Under the pieces are notes generated by a model, which was given only the letters and a program-made list of their open reading frames with translations, did no database searches and was not told the origin of the DNA. Made by a program: the position numbers and the translations under genes. A stretch of DNA of 64,000 bases from an uncultured delta proteobacterium. GTDB lineage: Bacteria; Myxococcota_A; Polyangia; Polyangiales; Polyangiaceae. Location: positions 1 through 64,000 of the forward strand of contig CAWKKR010000002.1 in assembly GCA_963850305.1 (NCBI GenBank), written 5' to 3'. Shown here piece after piece: positions 50,664-60,272 of this stretch; position 1 is the first letter of the stretch, and each line of letters begins with the position of its first letter.

Positions 50664-51743
50664 ATGCGATACAACCTTCTCGGCAATACGGGTCTTTACG
50701 TATCGGAGCTTTGCCTTGGCGCCATGACGTTCGGCGGCGGGAGCGGCATGTGGCAAGCGATCGGCCGGCTCGGAGAGCAGGAATCTCGCGCGCTCGTCTC
50801 GGCCGCGTTCGACGCGGGCGTCAACTTCATCGACACGGCCGACGTCTACTCCGAGGGCGACAGCGAGCGGCTCGTCGGCGCTGCGCTCAAAGCCATCAAT
50901 CGCCCTCGCGAACAGGTCGTCGTCGCGACGAAGGTCCGCGGCCGCGCCGGCGCGGGCGTGAATCAAGTCGGTCTGTCGCGCGCGCACATCCTGTCGAGCA
51001 TCGACGGAAGCCTCCGCCGCCTCGGTCTCGACCACGTCGATCTCTACCAGATCCACGGCTTCGATCCGGCGACGCCCATCGAAGAAACGGTGCGCGCGCT
51101 CGATGACGTGGTCCGCTCGGGCAAGGCCCGTTACCTCGGCTTCAGCAATCTGCCAGCCTGGGTCGCGTCCCACGCCATCACGTTCGCGGAAGAGAACGGC
51201 CTCGCTCGCTTTCAGAGCGCGCAAGTCTATTACTCCATCGCCGGCCGTGACATCGAGCGGGAAATCGCGCCGATGTGCCAGGCGCGCCGTCTCGCCATCA
51301 TGCCTTGGAGCCCGCTCGCCGGGGGTCTGCTCTCCGGCAAGTTCGACCCGGAAAAGAAAGGGCCGTCGGACGCGCGCCGCTCGTCCTTCGATTTCCCACC
51401 CGTGAACATGGAGCGCCTGCCGCACGTCCTCACGGCGCTCCGGAGCGTCGCGGAAAGCACCGGCGCCTCCGTGGCGCGCGTCGCGCTCGCGTGGCAACTG
51501 ACGAAGCCGTTCGTCACGAGCATCATCATCGGCGCGAAGAAGCCCGAGCAGCTCGCCGACAATCTCGCCGCCACGACGCTTGAGCTCTCGACCGAGCACG
51601 TGAAGCTCCTCGACGACGCGAGCGCCTTGCCTCTCGAGTACCCCGGATGGATGGTGGCCTTTCAGAATTCACGCGACCCACGCGGGTCCGCGAGCGCGCC
51701 GACGGAAGCGCAGATCCGGGCCGCGGCCGGGCGGGTCAAGTAG
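50664..51743 (+). CDS. Aldo/keto reductase
   Basis: LGNTGLYVSELCLGAMTFG, FIDTADVY, DLYQIH and WSPLAGGLLSGK. Confidence 0.95.
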   Translation: MRYNLLGNTGLYVSELCLGAMTFGGGSGMWQAIGRLGEQESRALVSAAFDAGVNFIDTADVYSEGDSERLVGAALKAINRPREQVVVATKVRGRAGAGVNQVGLSRAHILSSIDGSLRRLGLDHVDLYQIHGFDPATPIEETVRALDDVVRSGKARYLGFSNLPAWVASHAITFAEENGLARFQSAQVYYSIAGRDIEREIAPMCQARRLAIMPWSPLAGGLLSGKFDPEKKGPSDARRSSFDFPPVNMERLPHVLTALRSVAESTGASVARVALAWQLTKPFVTSIIIGAKKPEQLADNLAATTLELSTEHVKLLDDASALPLEYPGWMVAFQNSRDPRGSASAPTEAQIRAAAGRVK

Positions 51744-51795
51744 CGTCCTAGGTCAAGCAAGCGCGCTCTCGGCGTCCACCGCGCGATCCGGCCCG

Positions 51796-52131
51796 TCACA
51801 TCCCCGGTATCGGCATGATCTCGACGACCTCGATGAACCCGTCCGGCATCATGAAATGCGGATGCCCCTTCAGCGTCTCCGCGAGTGCTTCCTTCGACTC
51901 CGCTTGCAGAACCGAATAGCCGCCGAGATCGTTCGTCGTCGGCGCGGCCCCGCCCTTGTTCACGCGCAGGCTCTTCCCGAGCGGCGCGCCCATGTCGACG
52001 ATCGACGGTCCCGCCTTCTTGGCCCACGTCATCCACGCGTCCATTCCGGCCTTCTGCTGTTCCGGCGTCGACATTTGCATCTGCTCGAACCCCGACGACG
52101 GTGCCTTGTACAGAACGAGAAATTTCTTCAC
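51796..52131 (-). CDS. YCII-related protein
   Basis: KKFLVLY..AWMTW..IVDMGAPLG..GGYSVLQAES..HPH. Confidence 0.75.
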   Translation of the reverse strand: MKKFLVLYKAPSSGFEQMQMSTPEQQKAGMDAWMTWAKKAGPSIVDMGAPLGKSLRVNKGGAAPTTNDLGGYSVLQAESKEALAETLKGHPHFMMPDGFIEVVEIMPIPGM

Positions 52132-52317
52132 GGCAGACCCTCTTTCCAAGCATCCGCGAACGGCGAACGCGCGCCGCATCATGCATCGTGAAAGGCCTCG
52201 ATGCCAGGGCCGCCGCTACGCCCGCGATCATGCGCTCCACGGAGCGCCGAGATCGAAGACGTCTCCCTTCGTGGAAAGGACGTCGCGCGGCGTGGGGAAA
52301 GGCCGACCCGCGGACTC

Positions 52318-53364
52318 TTACTCGGAACTTTCTTCCGCGACGGGCTGCGACTTCGCGCGCAGGGCGGCTTCGTCGTGGTTCTTCCGGAGCTGGACGAGAC
52401 CATCCGGCGTGGCCGTCGCGGCGGGCGGGCGCTTTCCGATGGGGCGATGCTTCGCCATGTACGCGCAGTAGTCGATGCCGGTGCGGACGGCTTCTTGCGG
52501 CGTCATCCCGGTGAAGAGGGGCCAGAAGAGGTTGCAGGTGCCGCAGGGTTCGATTTCACGACGCCGGCCCGACGCATGGTAGTCGCGGTACTTGCGCGCC
52601 GTCGCGTGACGATAGAGCTCGAGCACCGAGTTTTCCCGCGCGTCGCCCCAGCCGTGCTGGCCGTCCTGGTCCATGCAGCAGAGAGTGACGCGCCCGCTCG
52701 CCAGGATATCCAGACGGGTCACGTGCTCGCACCCGTATCGCGGGACGGGCAAGCTGCTCTTGATGTCGCCCTTGTAGTTGAAGAGGCCGACGATGAAGCT
52801 CTTCACGCCCTTGTTCTTGCAATATCGAAGGAAGTCGTCTTGCTCCTCGAGGGTCGTGTCCCCGAGGCGCGTCATGCGAAACGTGATCTGGCGCGCGAGC
52901 CGGTGCTTGCGAGTCCGGTCCGTCATGTACTCCATGTTGTCGAGCGTCCGCTTGAGGGGGATGCCCATGACGGTGCGGTACTTCTCGGGGTTCAGCGTAT
53001 TCACGCTAACGAACAGGTGATCGACGCCGAGGTCGAGCATCTGGTCGACCTTCTTCGGCGTCATGCCGTAGCCGTTCGTGTACAGGCGGAGCTTCGTCTT
53101 CGGCAGACGGCGGCGAATGTGCTCGAGCCGCGGCAGGATCTTCGGGTCCGAGAAGGGGTCCCCCTGGAGGAAGGGCTCGATCGCCCGAAGCGGGAACTCA
53201 CGACAATCTTCGATGATTTTCTCGAAGAGATCCTGGTCCATCGGCCCCTTGTCGCGCGCCAGAGCATTGTTCGGACAGAACACGCACTTGGCGTTGCAGT
53301 GGTTCGTCGTCTCCACCGAGACGAGCCTCGGATACTCACTCCCGGAAGACTCCAAGATAGACAC
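52318..53364 (-). CDS. Radical SAM protein with SPASM/twitch domain
   Basis: ETTNHCNAKCVFCP; C-terminal CEH..GRVTLCCMD..PCGTC. Confidence 0.92.
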   Translation of the reverse strand: MSILESSGSEYPRLVSVETTNHCNAKCVFCPNNALARDKGPMDQDLFEKIIEDCREFPLRAIEPFLQGDPFSDPKILPRLEHIRRRLPKTKLRLYTNGYGMTPKKVDQMLDLGVDHLFVSVNTLNPEKYRTVMGIPLKRTLDNMEYMTDRTRKHRLARQITFRMTRLGDTTLEEQDDFLRYCKNKGVKSFIVGLFNYKGDIKSSLPVPRYGCEHVTRLDILASGRVTLCCMDQDGQHGWGDARENSVLELYRHATARKYRDYHASGRRREIEPCGTCNLFWPLFTGMTPQEAVRTGIDYCAYMAKHRPIGKRPPAATATPDGLVQLRKNHDEAALRAKSQPVAEESSE

Positions 53365-53373
53365 AGCGGGAGG

Positions 53374-55851
53374 CTAGCCGACGCTCTCCTTCCTCGCAAG
53401 CATGAGCACCGAAGGCAGCACCAGAACGGCCGCCGTCACGGCCGCAATTTCGCCGGTGGCCGCCACGAGCCCGAAGCTTCGCACGGCCTTGTTGATCGAC
53501 AGCATGAGTGCCAGGTACCCGAGCGTCGTCGTGAGGGAGCACAGGATGACGGCTCCGCCGGTCTCGACGATCACACGTTCGATCGAGCCGCCGGATTCCT
53601 TCTCGCGCCGCGACATGACGTTCAGTGCGTAGTCCGCACCTACCCCGATGCTGATCGGCAAGCCGACGAAATTCAAGAAGTTGAGCTTGATGCCGTCGAG
53701 CGCGCAAAAGGCGAAGAGCCACGAGAGTCCGAGCACCAGCGTTGCGAGCGCGAACCACCCCGGCTTCCGGGCGCGAAAGCTGACCAGGATCACGACGAGC
53801 GTCCCGAGGAAGCTGAGCCCGATGGCCTTCGGCGCATCCTCGCGAATCGCGATGAGCATGTCCGAGAAGATGACGGGATTGCCCGAGCCGTGAATGACGT
53901 CGCCGTTCGGCAGGCGCACTTCCCGGAAAGCGTCCGCCCAGCGCATCAGGTAGTGCGCGTCGTACACGCTCACGTGTTCACTCGGGACGATATAAAGGAT
54001 CCGGCCCCGGGTTCCGTCGCGCTCGGAGAAGGGGCGCGCGAGGTCGTCCGGCAGATCTCGAATCCCGATGGGCCCGAGCGACTCGGGCATGTGCGGCTCG
54101 AGCCTCGCCCAGTCGGCGTCGGAGATGAATTTCCGCCGCCGTGCGCGCGTCACGCGGTCCCGGATCTCCGCGAGGAGGGCGAGCTTCTCCTGCTGGTGAT
54201 CGGGCAGCAGGCTGTCGATGGTGACCACCTTGGAAAAGGGCTTCTTGCCGGCGGGTGCGGCCGCGTTGCGCCGGTTCAGCTCGGCGACGAGCGGTTCGAG
54301 CTGATCGAGTCGGTCGATCAGGATGGCCCGGCCGTCTTGACCTTGCCGTCCGACGATCTCGTCGACCTTGTCGCCGAGCAATCGCGCCGGCGTCGCGGCA
54401 GTGTCTTCGTTCCGGATGTTCCTGAAATCGTACTCCAGCGGATCGTGCGCCAGGTAACGCACCGTGAGCGCAAGGCTCGCGACGCCGCTCAGGAGCGCGA
54501 GGGCCGCGACGGGGCGATTGAATCGGCGCGCCAGCCACGCGAACGGTCTTCCATAGAGCGCGGAAAACCTCGAGGTGAGTCCGTTCCGGCCTTGCCGGAA
54601 CATCGGCGCGACGCGCTCGGTGGCAACGAGGATGGCCGGCAAGAGCAGGTAGGTCGCGACCCAGCACAGCAACATGCCCGAGCCGCCGATGACGCCGAAG
54701 TCCTTGAACCCGCGGAAATCCGTGATGGAGAGCGAGCCGTAGGCGACGCCGGCCGCGCCCGCCGCCGACAGCGTGGCGACCCACGTGCCCCGATGCGCGA
54801 CCGCGACGGCCTCGTCCACGCCGCGCCCCTCGTCACGGCGGGCCTCGGCATACCGGGCCATGTAGATGATACCGAAGTTGATGCCGTTGCCCGCGATGAT
54901 GCTCGCGAGAAACCCCGTCGCCGTGTTCAGGTAACCGACGGAGTATTTCGCGACGCCGAAAGCCCACACGCAGCCGACGCCGATGGTGAGGCCCATCGCG
55001 AAGAGCGTGCGAAGCTGCAGGAAGAACAGGAAAACGACGGTCAGAATGAGGCCGATGCCCCAGATCCCGACGTTCAGCAGATCGCGGGTGATCGCCTGTT
55101 GCTGCTCGGCGCTGGTGACGAGGTCGCCGGTGTAGCCAAAGTGCATCGTCGGGTCCCACCGGCGGGGATTAAGGCCGTCGATGATCGCCTGCACTTTCCG
55201 CACGAGCTCGAACGCGCGCTGATCGCCGGTGCCGAACGGCGTGCGGATGAGGAACGTCGCGAGCTTCCCGTCCCTGGAGACGTAGTAGCCGTCCCGCCCC
55301 GGAGCCGACTTTCTGGCGCTGTCCTCCTTCTTCTTCAGCTTGTCGATGATGTCGTCGACGGAGAGTTTCTTGGGCGCGTCCTCGTCGTCGAGCCCGAGGT
55401 CCATCCCCGTCGCGCGCGCGATCTCGGCGTCGTACGAGTCGGTCACCTCGTCGCGCAGCTCTTTCAGGTCGGCCAGGTCCGCGTAAAGCCCCTCGTTCTT
55501 CTCGAAGAAGGCCTGCATTCTACGCGGCCCGTCGTCGATGCCGCCGACGAGGTCCGGGCCGAGGGCGAGAATCTTCGGAACGGCAGCGTCGACGAATTTC
55601 TCGAGCGCGCGCGTGTCATGGCCCTGAGCGACGACCGCCAGCGTCGAGCTGCCGGGCAGCCGCGCGTCGTCGCGGTGCATCTCGATCACGCTCGGTTTGC
55701 TGCCGGGCAGGAGCTCCGTGAAGCTCGTTCGAAGAGTCAGCTTCGACGCCGCGTAGCCCGTCGGGACGACGGACAGCAGCATGGCGGCGATGACCCAGAG
55801 TGGGTGCCGCGTCTGCAGGGCGATGAGCCAATCGACGAACTTCGACCTCAA
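53374..55851 (-). CDS. MMPL/RND-family lipid transporter
   Basis: IIAGNGINFGI..RY, PISIGVGADY and LCSLTTTLGY. The start is approximate (TTG at 55851). Confidence 0.88.
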   Translation of the reverse strand: MRSKFVDWLIALQTRHPLWVIAAMLLSVVPTGYAASKLTLRTSFTELLPGSKPSVIEMHRDDARLPGSSTLAVVAQGHDTRALEKFVDAAVPKILALGPDLVGGIDDGPRRMQAFFEKNEGLYADLADLKELRDEVTDSYDAEIARATGMDLGLDDEDAPKKLSVDDIIDKLKKKEDSARKSAPGRDGYYVSRDGKLATFLIRTPFGTGDQRAFELVRKVQAIIDGLNPRRWDPTMHFGYTGDLVTSAEQQQAITRDLLNVGIWGIGLILTVVFLFFLQLRTLFAMGLTIGVGCVWAFGVAKYSVGYLNTATGFLASIIAGNGINFGIIYMARYAEARRDEGRGVDEAVAVAHRGTWVATLSAAGAAGVAYGSLSITDFRGFKDFGVIGGSGMLLCWVATYLLLPAILVATERVAPMFRQGRNGLTSRFSALYGRPFAWLARRFNRPVAALALLSGVASLALTVRYLAHDPLEYDFRNIRNEDTAATPARLLGDKVDEIVGRQGQDGRAILIDRLDQLEPLVAELNRRNAAAPAGKKPFSKVVTIDSLLPDHQQEKLALLAEIRDRVTRARRRKFISDADWARLEPHMPESLGPIGIRDLPDDLARPFSERDGTRGRILYIVPSEHVSVYDAHYLMRWADAFREVRLPNGDVIHGSGNPVIFSDMLIAIREDAPKAIGLSFLGTLVVILVSFRARKPGWFALATLVLGLSWLFAFCALDGIKLNFLNFVGLPISIGVGADYALNVMSRREKESGGSIERVIVETGGAVILCSLTTTLGYLALMLSINKAVRSFGLVAATGEIAAVTAAVLVLPSVLMLARKESVG

Positions 55852-56136
55852 GGGCGGGCCGCCGCAGCGAGCGTGCCCGGGGCGGGTCGGGGGTCCCGGC
55901 AATGACCTGGCTTCATGATCGTCGTGCTGGGGAAGCACCCTTGCATGAACCCGCCGGATCGCGAAGCCGGAAGTCGAGCCGGGATTCGCGTGGAACGCTG
56001 CCCGGTTCCACTGCCGAGGCTTGCCGCGAAAATCGCGTTTGCCTTGCGAGTCGAAAGCGGCCAAAATCTGCGGGATCCTCCGATGATCCCGAACCCTGCT
56101 GGTACTCCCGGGAGCGCCCGGACCGCACAGGTGCCC

Positions 56137-57045
56137 ATGCGGTCCACCTTCAAGCCGCACGATGTGGAGGAGCCCATCGATTACTGGATCAACCGCCCGG
56201 CTGCGAGCGTGCTGGTTCGACTCCTGGCCACGACCGCGATCACGCCGAACCAGGTGACCGTCTGGTCCGGCCTGTCGGGGATCGCCGCCGGCATCGCGCT
56301 GGGCGCGTCGAGTCCGTCGCGCATGTGGACGATGCCCGTCGGCGGCTTGTTGCTCTACCTGTCGGTTCTGCTCGATTGTGCGGACGGGCAACTGGCGCGT
56401 CTACGGGGTCATTCGTCCATGGTGGGTCGGGCGCTTGACGGCTACGCCGATGCGGTCGCCACGGCGGCCGTGTTCTTCGGCTTTGCGGCGTTCCTTTATC
56501 GCGCGGGACATGGATTTCTCTACGTCAACGTGATGGGCTGGACTGCCGGCTACAGCATGAAGTGGCACGTTCACTCGTACGATCACGCAAAGAATATCTA
56601 TTTGCACAATGTGCTCCCGCCTGAAGAACGCGCGAAGTCACTTCCAACCCTCGACGAGATCGCCGACGAACGCGATCGTCACGTGCGTGCGGGGGACCGG
56701 TTCGGCGCGTTGATCCTCCGCGGATTCGGGCATCTCACCAGGTCTCAGCGGACGGGATGGCAGGAGGAGCGCATGGGGCTGGGCCTGCCCGGCGCGTCGA
56801 CGGAGATCGAGCGCATCGAGTATCGGAACGCGTTTTACGAAACGATGCGCCTCTGGACGTGGAACGGGCTTGCCTCGCACCTCACGGTGCTCCTGGCGGC
56901 GGTGGCGCTGACGCCTGTTTATCCCGGCGCCGCTCTCGCCGCATGGTGGTTCATCCTGGGACCGATGAACCTCATGACCTTTTATCTGCGCGCTCACGAG
57001 CGACGTACCGAGAAGGCGCTGAAGCTCCGACTCCGACCGTCCTGA
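56137..57045 (+). CDS. CDP-alcohol phosphatidyltransferase family protein
   Basis: ITPNQVT and DCADGQLAR..SMVGRALDGYAD signature. Confidence 0.92.
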   Translation: MRSTFKPHDVEEPIDYWINRPAASVLVRLLATTAITPNQVTVWSGLSGIAAGIALGASSPSRMWTMPVGGLLLYLSVLLDCADGQLARLRGHSSMVGRALDGYADAVATAAVFFGFAAFLYRAGHGFLYVNVMGWTAGYSMKWHVHSYDHAKNIYLHNVLPPEERAKSLPTLDEIADERDRHVRAGDRFGALILRGFGHLTRSQRTGWQEERMGLGLPGASTEIERIEYRNAFYETMRLWTWNGLASHLTVLLAAVALTPVYPGAALAAWWFILGPMNLMTFYLRAHERRTEKALKLRLRPS

Positions 57046-57082
57046 GAAGGCGCCGGCGGGTGCGCTCCGTGGCGCCGGAATA

Positions 57083-59230
57083 TCAATGCGCCGAGGCGCC
57101 TTCGGCGAGGCCTCGGCGTTCCAGGATGGCCCGCATCGGCACGGCGTAGAGGAGCAACGCGCCGCATGCCAGAGACGCGAAGAGATGCTGTCCCTCGAGC
57201 GTGGCGTCGCCGCCGAACACGAACGCGATCTGCGTGAAGAGCGCGAACGCGACGAGCAGGAATGGAAGCCGCGGACGCAAGCGCGACAGGGCGACGAGCA
57301 TCACGACCCAGCTATAGTCGTAGGAAGTCATCGGCAGGGCAGAGAACAGGACGAGACCGGCGAGGGCCGCGCACACGGCCGCGCTTGCGCCTTGCCAGGC
57401 AGCCAGCACGATGACGGCGACGGACGCTGTCATCGCGAGCGCCCAGAGGGGGCGCTCCTCGACCCGGTGACGGAGCTGAGCGCTTTCCCAGCGTTCGAAT
57501 GGATCCGTCAGGCGTCCGTCCTCCAGATCCGTGGACATGTTGCCCGCGCGCCAGGCGAGGAGCGTCGAGAGTCCGATCTGATTGGCGAGAGGGGTGCTCG
57601 AGTGGCGCTCGATCACGTGCGCAAAGTCACGATACGAATGGAAGCCGACCACGGCGCCCGCACCCGCGGTGCCGACCAGCAGGGTCGCGCCGGCACCCAC
57701 GAGTAGCTTCCGGGCGGGGCCATTGGACCAGCCGTGACGCCACATCGTGACTAGCGCCCAGACGACGGCACCGAACACGAACATGAACGGAAACAGGCGG
57801 AGCAGGCCGGCGAGCGTCAGCGCCGCGCCGCCCGCGAAGAATCGCTTTCGCGCGAGCAAGGCGAAGCCGGCGGCGTCGCAGACGAGCCAGGTGTCCCGCC
57901 CGAGGCATCCGCCGACCCACAGGTAGCTCCAGTGAAAGCCGAGAGCGAGAAACAGGCAGGCCGCGACACCTGCGATCTCCCCGAATCCCCACCACAGGAA
58001 CGCGACGGTGCCGGCCAGAGCAAGGGCGTCGAGCTGACCCAGGAGGGCGAGTCGCGTCGCGGTCGGGCGGGTTCCCGACGTGAAGAGGCGGAGCCAGACC
58101 ACGGTCGGGGGCGTCCCGTTGAAGCCGTGATCGGCGAAAGCTTCGGGGAGGGAGTGCCAGACGAAGATGGCGCGAAACGCGGCGAGATCCGATTTGAAGC
58201 TCCGCCATCGTGCGCTCGTGAAGCGCGCCCGGCAAGCGCCGTCCGGTGTCTTCGTCCAATCCCCGGGGTAGAGGCGATTGTCCTCGAGGTCCCGGATCTG
58301 CTGGCTGTCGACCTCCGCGCCGCGACCGTTCTCCCGCTCGGCCTGGGCGGCGCATTCGTAGAGATCGAAGTAGCCGAGCTCCGGGAAATACTTCGTTCCA
58401 ACGAAGTAGTGAAACATGTCCCAGTAATGGACGGTGCCGGAGCCCTGGAAAGCGCCGAACTGGGTCCACGACAGGGCGCTCGTCACGACGAGTAGCGCGA
58501 GCGCGACCCGACGAGCGCGAGCTCCGAGCATCGGCACGAAGACGAAGAGCACCGTGAGCGCAGAGAGACCAAAGGCGATCTTCAGACTCTGCGTCTGCGC
58601 GAGTCTCGTGCTCTTGGTCGCGGTCGGCGGCGAAGCTCGAACGACTCGTGAGGGCGGCCACGGCTCCGGATTGCCGCAGTACACGCGCACCTCCGACGCC
58701 GCGTACACTCCATCACCCGACAGCGCTTCGAATCGCACGTAACGGGCCGCGGCGTCGAGGTTTCGAGTGGTTCGTTCGCGGAGACCAGGGTCGCTCACGG
58801 GGTCGAGCGTCCAGAGGGGCGTGTAGCTCTTGCCGTCGCTGGAGACACTCAGGCGATAGACGTCGTTGTTGTCCGCCTGGACGGCGGCCGCGGAAATGTG
58901 CACCGCGCTTCCGAGGTCCCACTCGGCGTAGGGACGCAGTCCCTTCAGTCGTGTCGCGAACGTCGATGCAGGCGTGTCGCCCTCGTACGAGAGCCGGCCG
59001 TCCGTGAGGTTCGCCGGATCATCGACACCCCGCGAGGACGCTACCGCACGCTTCAGGAGCAGATCGGTGCCGTCGCAGGCGGCGAACGCGGGATGAGCAA
59101 AGGCGAAGACGGCAGCGAGCAGAGAGAGAGCAAGGACGAGTAGGCTGCGCTCGAACCGGAACAACGATCCCTCTTGCCCGAGTTTCGTCCCGTAGCCAAC
59201 CGTCACGCGCGTCCCGATCCGACGGGCCAT
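57083..59230 (-). CDS. Discoidin (F5/8 type C) domain fused to a polytopic GT-C-like membrane domain
   Basis: LTDG..EWDLG..QADNNDVY..ARYVRF..SEVRVY, then many TM helices and HYFVGTKYFPELGYFDLYEC. Confidence 0.7.
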   Translation of the reverse strand: MARRIGTRVTVGYGTKLGQEGSLFRFERSLLVLALSLLAAVFAFAHPAFAACDGTDLLLKRAVASSRGVDDPANLTDGRLSYEGDTPASTFATRLKGLRPYAEWDLGSAVHISAAAVQADNNDVYRLSVSSDGKSYTPLWTLDPVSDPGLRERTTRNLDAAARYVRFEALSGDGVYAASEVRVYCGNPEPWPPSRVVRASPPTATKSTRLAQTQSLKIAFGLSALTVLFVFVPMLGARARRVALALLVVTSALSWTQFGAFQGSGTVHYWDMFHYFVGTKYFPELGYFDLYECAAQAERENGRGAEVDSQQIRDLEDNRLYPGDWTKTPDGACRARFTSARWRSFKSDLAAFRAIFVWHSLPEAFADHGFNGTPPTVVWLRLFTSGTRPTATRLALLGQLDALALAGTVAFLWWGFGEIAGVAACLFLALGFHWSYLWVGGCLGRDTWLVCDAAGFALLARKRFFAGGAALTLAGLLRLFPFMFVFGAVVWALVTMWRHGWSNGPARKLLVGAGATLLVGTAGAGAVVGFHSYRDFAHVIERHSSTPLANQIGLSTLLAWRAGNMSTDLEDGRLTDPFERWESAQLRHRVEERPLWALAMTASVAVIVLAAWQGASAAVCAALAGLVLFSALPMTSYDYSWVVMLVALSRLRPRLPFLLVAFALFTQIAFVFGGDATLEGQHLFASLACGALLLYAVPMRAILERRGLAEGASAH

Positions 59231-59254
59231 CGGCGGGGTGTGGCTATCTCCTCA

Positions 59255-60187
59255 TTACTGCGCGACGCCGGCGATGGGAATGCGATCGGCAATGATGACT
59301 TCGCCGATGACGATGATGCCGCCCGTACCGGTGACACCCCCGGACCCGAGCGTACCGCCGGAGCCGATGGCGCCACCGGTGCTCGTGACCGCGCCACCGG
59401 TGCTCGTGACCGCGCCGCCGGAGCCCGTGGTGCCGCCGGGCCCGACGACTGCACCGCCGGAGCCCGGCGTGCCGCCGGAGCTGACAATCGCGCCTCCGGA
59501 ACCGAGGGCGCCTCCGGAACCGAGCGTGCCGCCAACGCCGCTACCCCCCGAGCCAACGAGGCCGCCCGAACCGGATGAACCCCCGCTGCTGCTCGCGCCT
59601 CCCGAGCCTCCAGGGCCGCCGTCCCCTGGTCCGGGGAACGCGCATGCACCGTCGCTCGTGCACTCGCCCGTCGAACAGTCGGAGCCTTGAGTGCAGTCCG
59701 CGACGCAAAGGGCTTCTGTCGGGCCGACGGTGAAACAGCGTGTCCCAGGATCGCACGAGCCCTTCGACACGTACGTCGTCGCGGGGTCACAGAGCTTCAC
59801 GCAGAGCCCCTGTGTCCCTCCCTCGGTTGCGCAGAAGGTTCCGGTGGGACACGTGCCGCACTCGCCGAGAAACGTACCCGGTGGCTGAGGGCCCGCCGGA
59901 GCGCCGTTGCAACCGACGGTGGACGCCGCGTTGCTATCGGTGGCCGCGCACTGATCGCCGGCGGTACTACCCTGGCCGCCCGCGGCGGCGCCCGCACTTC
60001 CGCCCGTCGCACTCGACTGGCTGCCGCCGGTGTCGGACGCTCCACTGCCACCCGCGCCGCCGGCCGGGTTGCCGCCGGATCCGGCGTCGTTATTCTGCGC
60101 CCCTGGCCCGTTCGAGTCGTTGCTCGAGCCGCATGCGACGACCAGAGCCATCGCAAATGCAAGGTAAAGACTGCGAGCCATATTCAT
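59255..60187 (-). CDS. Gly/Cys-rich lipoprotein
   Basis: VVAC lipobox, Cys-rich core and (S/T)GG repeats. Confidence 0.75.
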   Translation of the reverse strand: MNMARSLYLAFAMALVVACGSSNDSNGPGAQNNDAGSGGNPAGGAGGSGASDTGGSQSSATGGSAGAAAGGQGSTAGDQCAATDSNAASTVGCNGAPAGPQPPGTFLGECGTCPTGTFCATEGGTQGLCVKLCDPATTYVSKGSCDPGTRCFTVGPTEALCVADCTQGSDCSTGECTSDGACAFPGPGDGGPGGSGGASSSGGSSGSGGLVGSGGSGVGGTLGSGGALGSGGAIVSSGGTPGSGGAVVGPGGTTGSGGAVTSTGGAVTSTGGAIGSGGTLGSGGVTGTGGIIVIGEVIIADRIPIAGVAQ

Positions 60188-60272
60188 GAAAGGTAGCGCG
60201 AGGGATCCCGTTCACGCAACTCCGGGCCGTTCATCGAGTGCGCGCATGTCGGAGAGGCGCGCCAAGCACCCG

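Noticed and set aside
52201..55905. 1234-aa plus-strand ORF and many other long Arg/Pro-rich ORFs
   Set aside because: Antisense or off-frame shadows of real genes in high-GC DNA, with no recognisable motifs.
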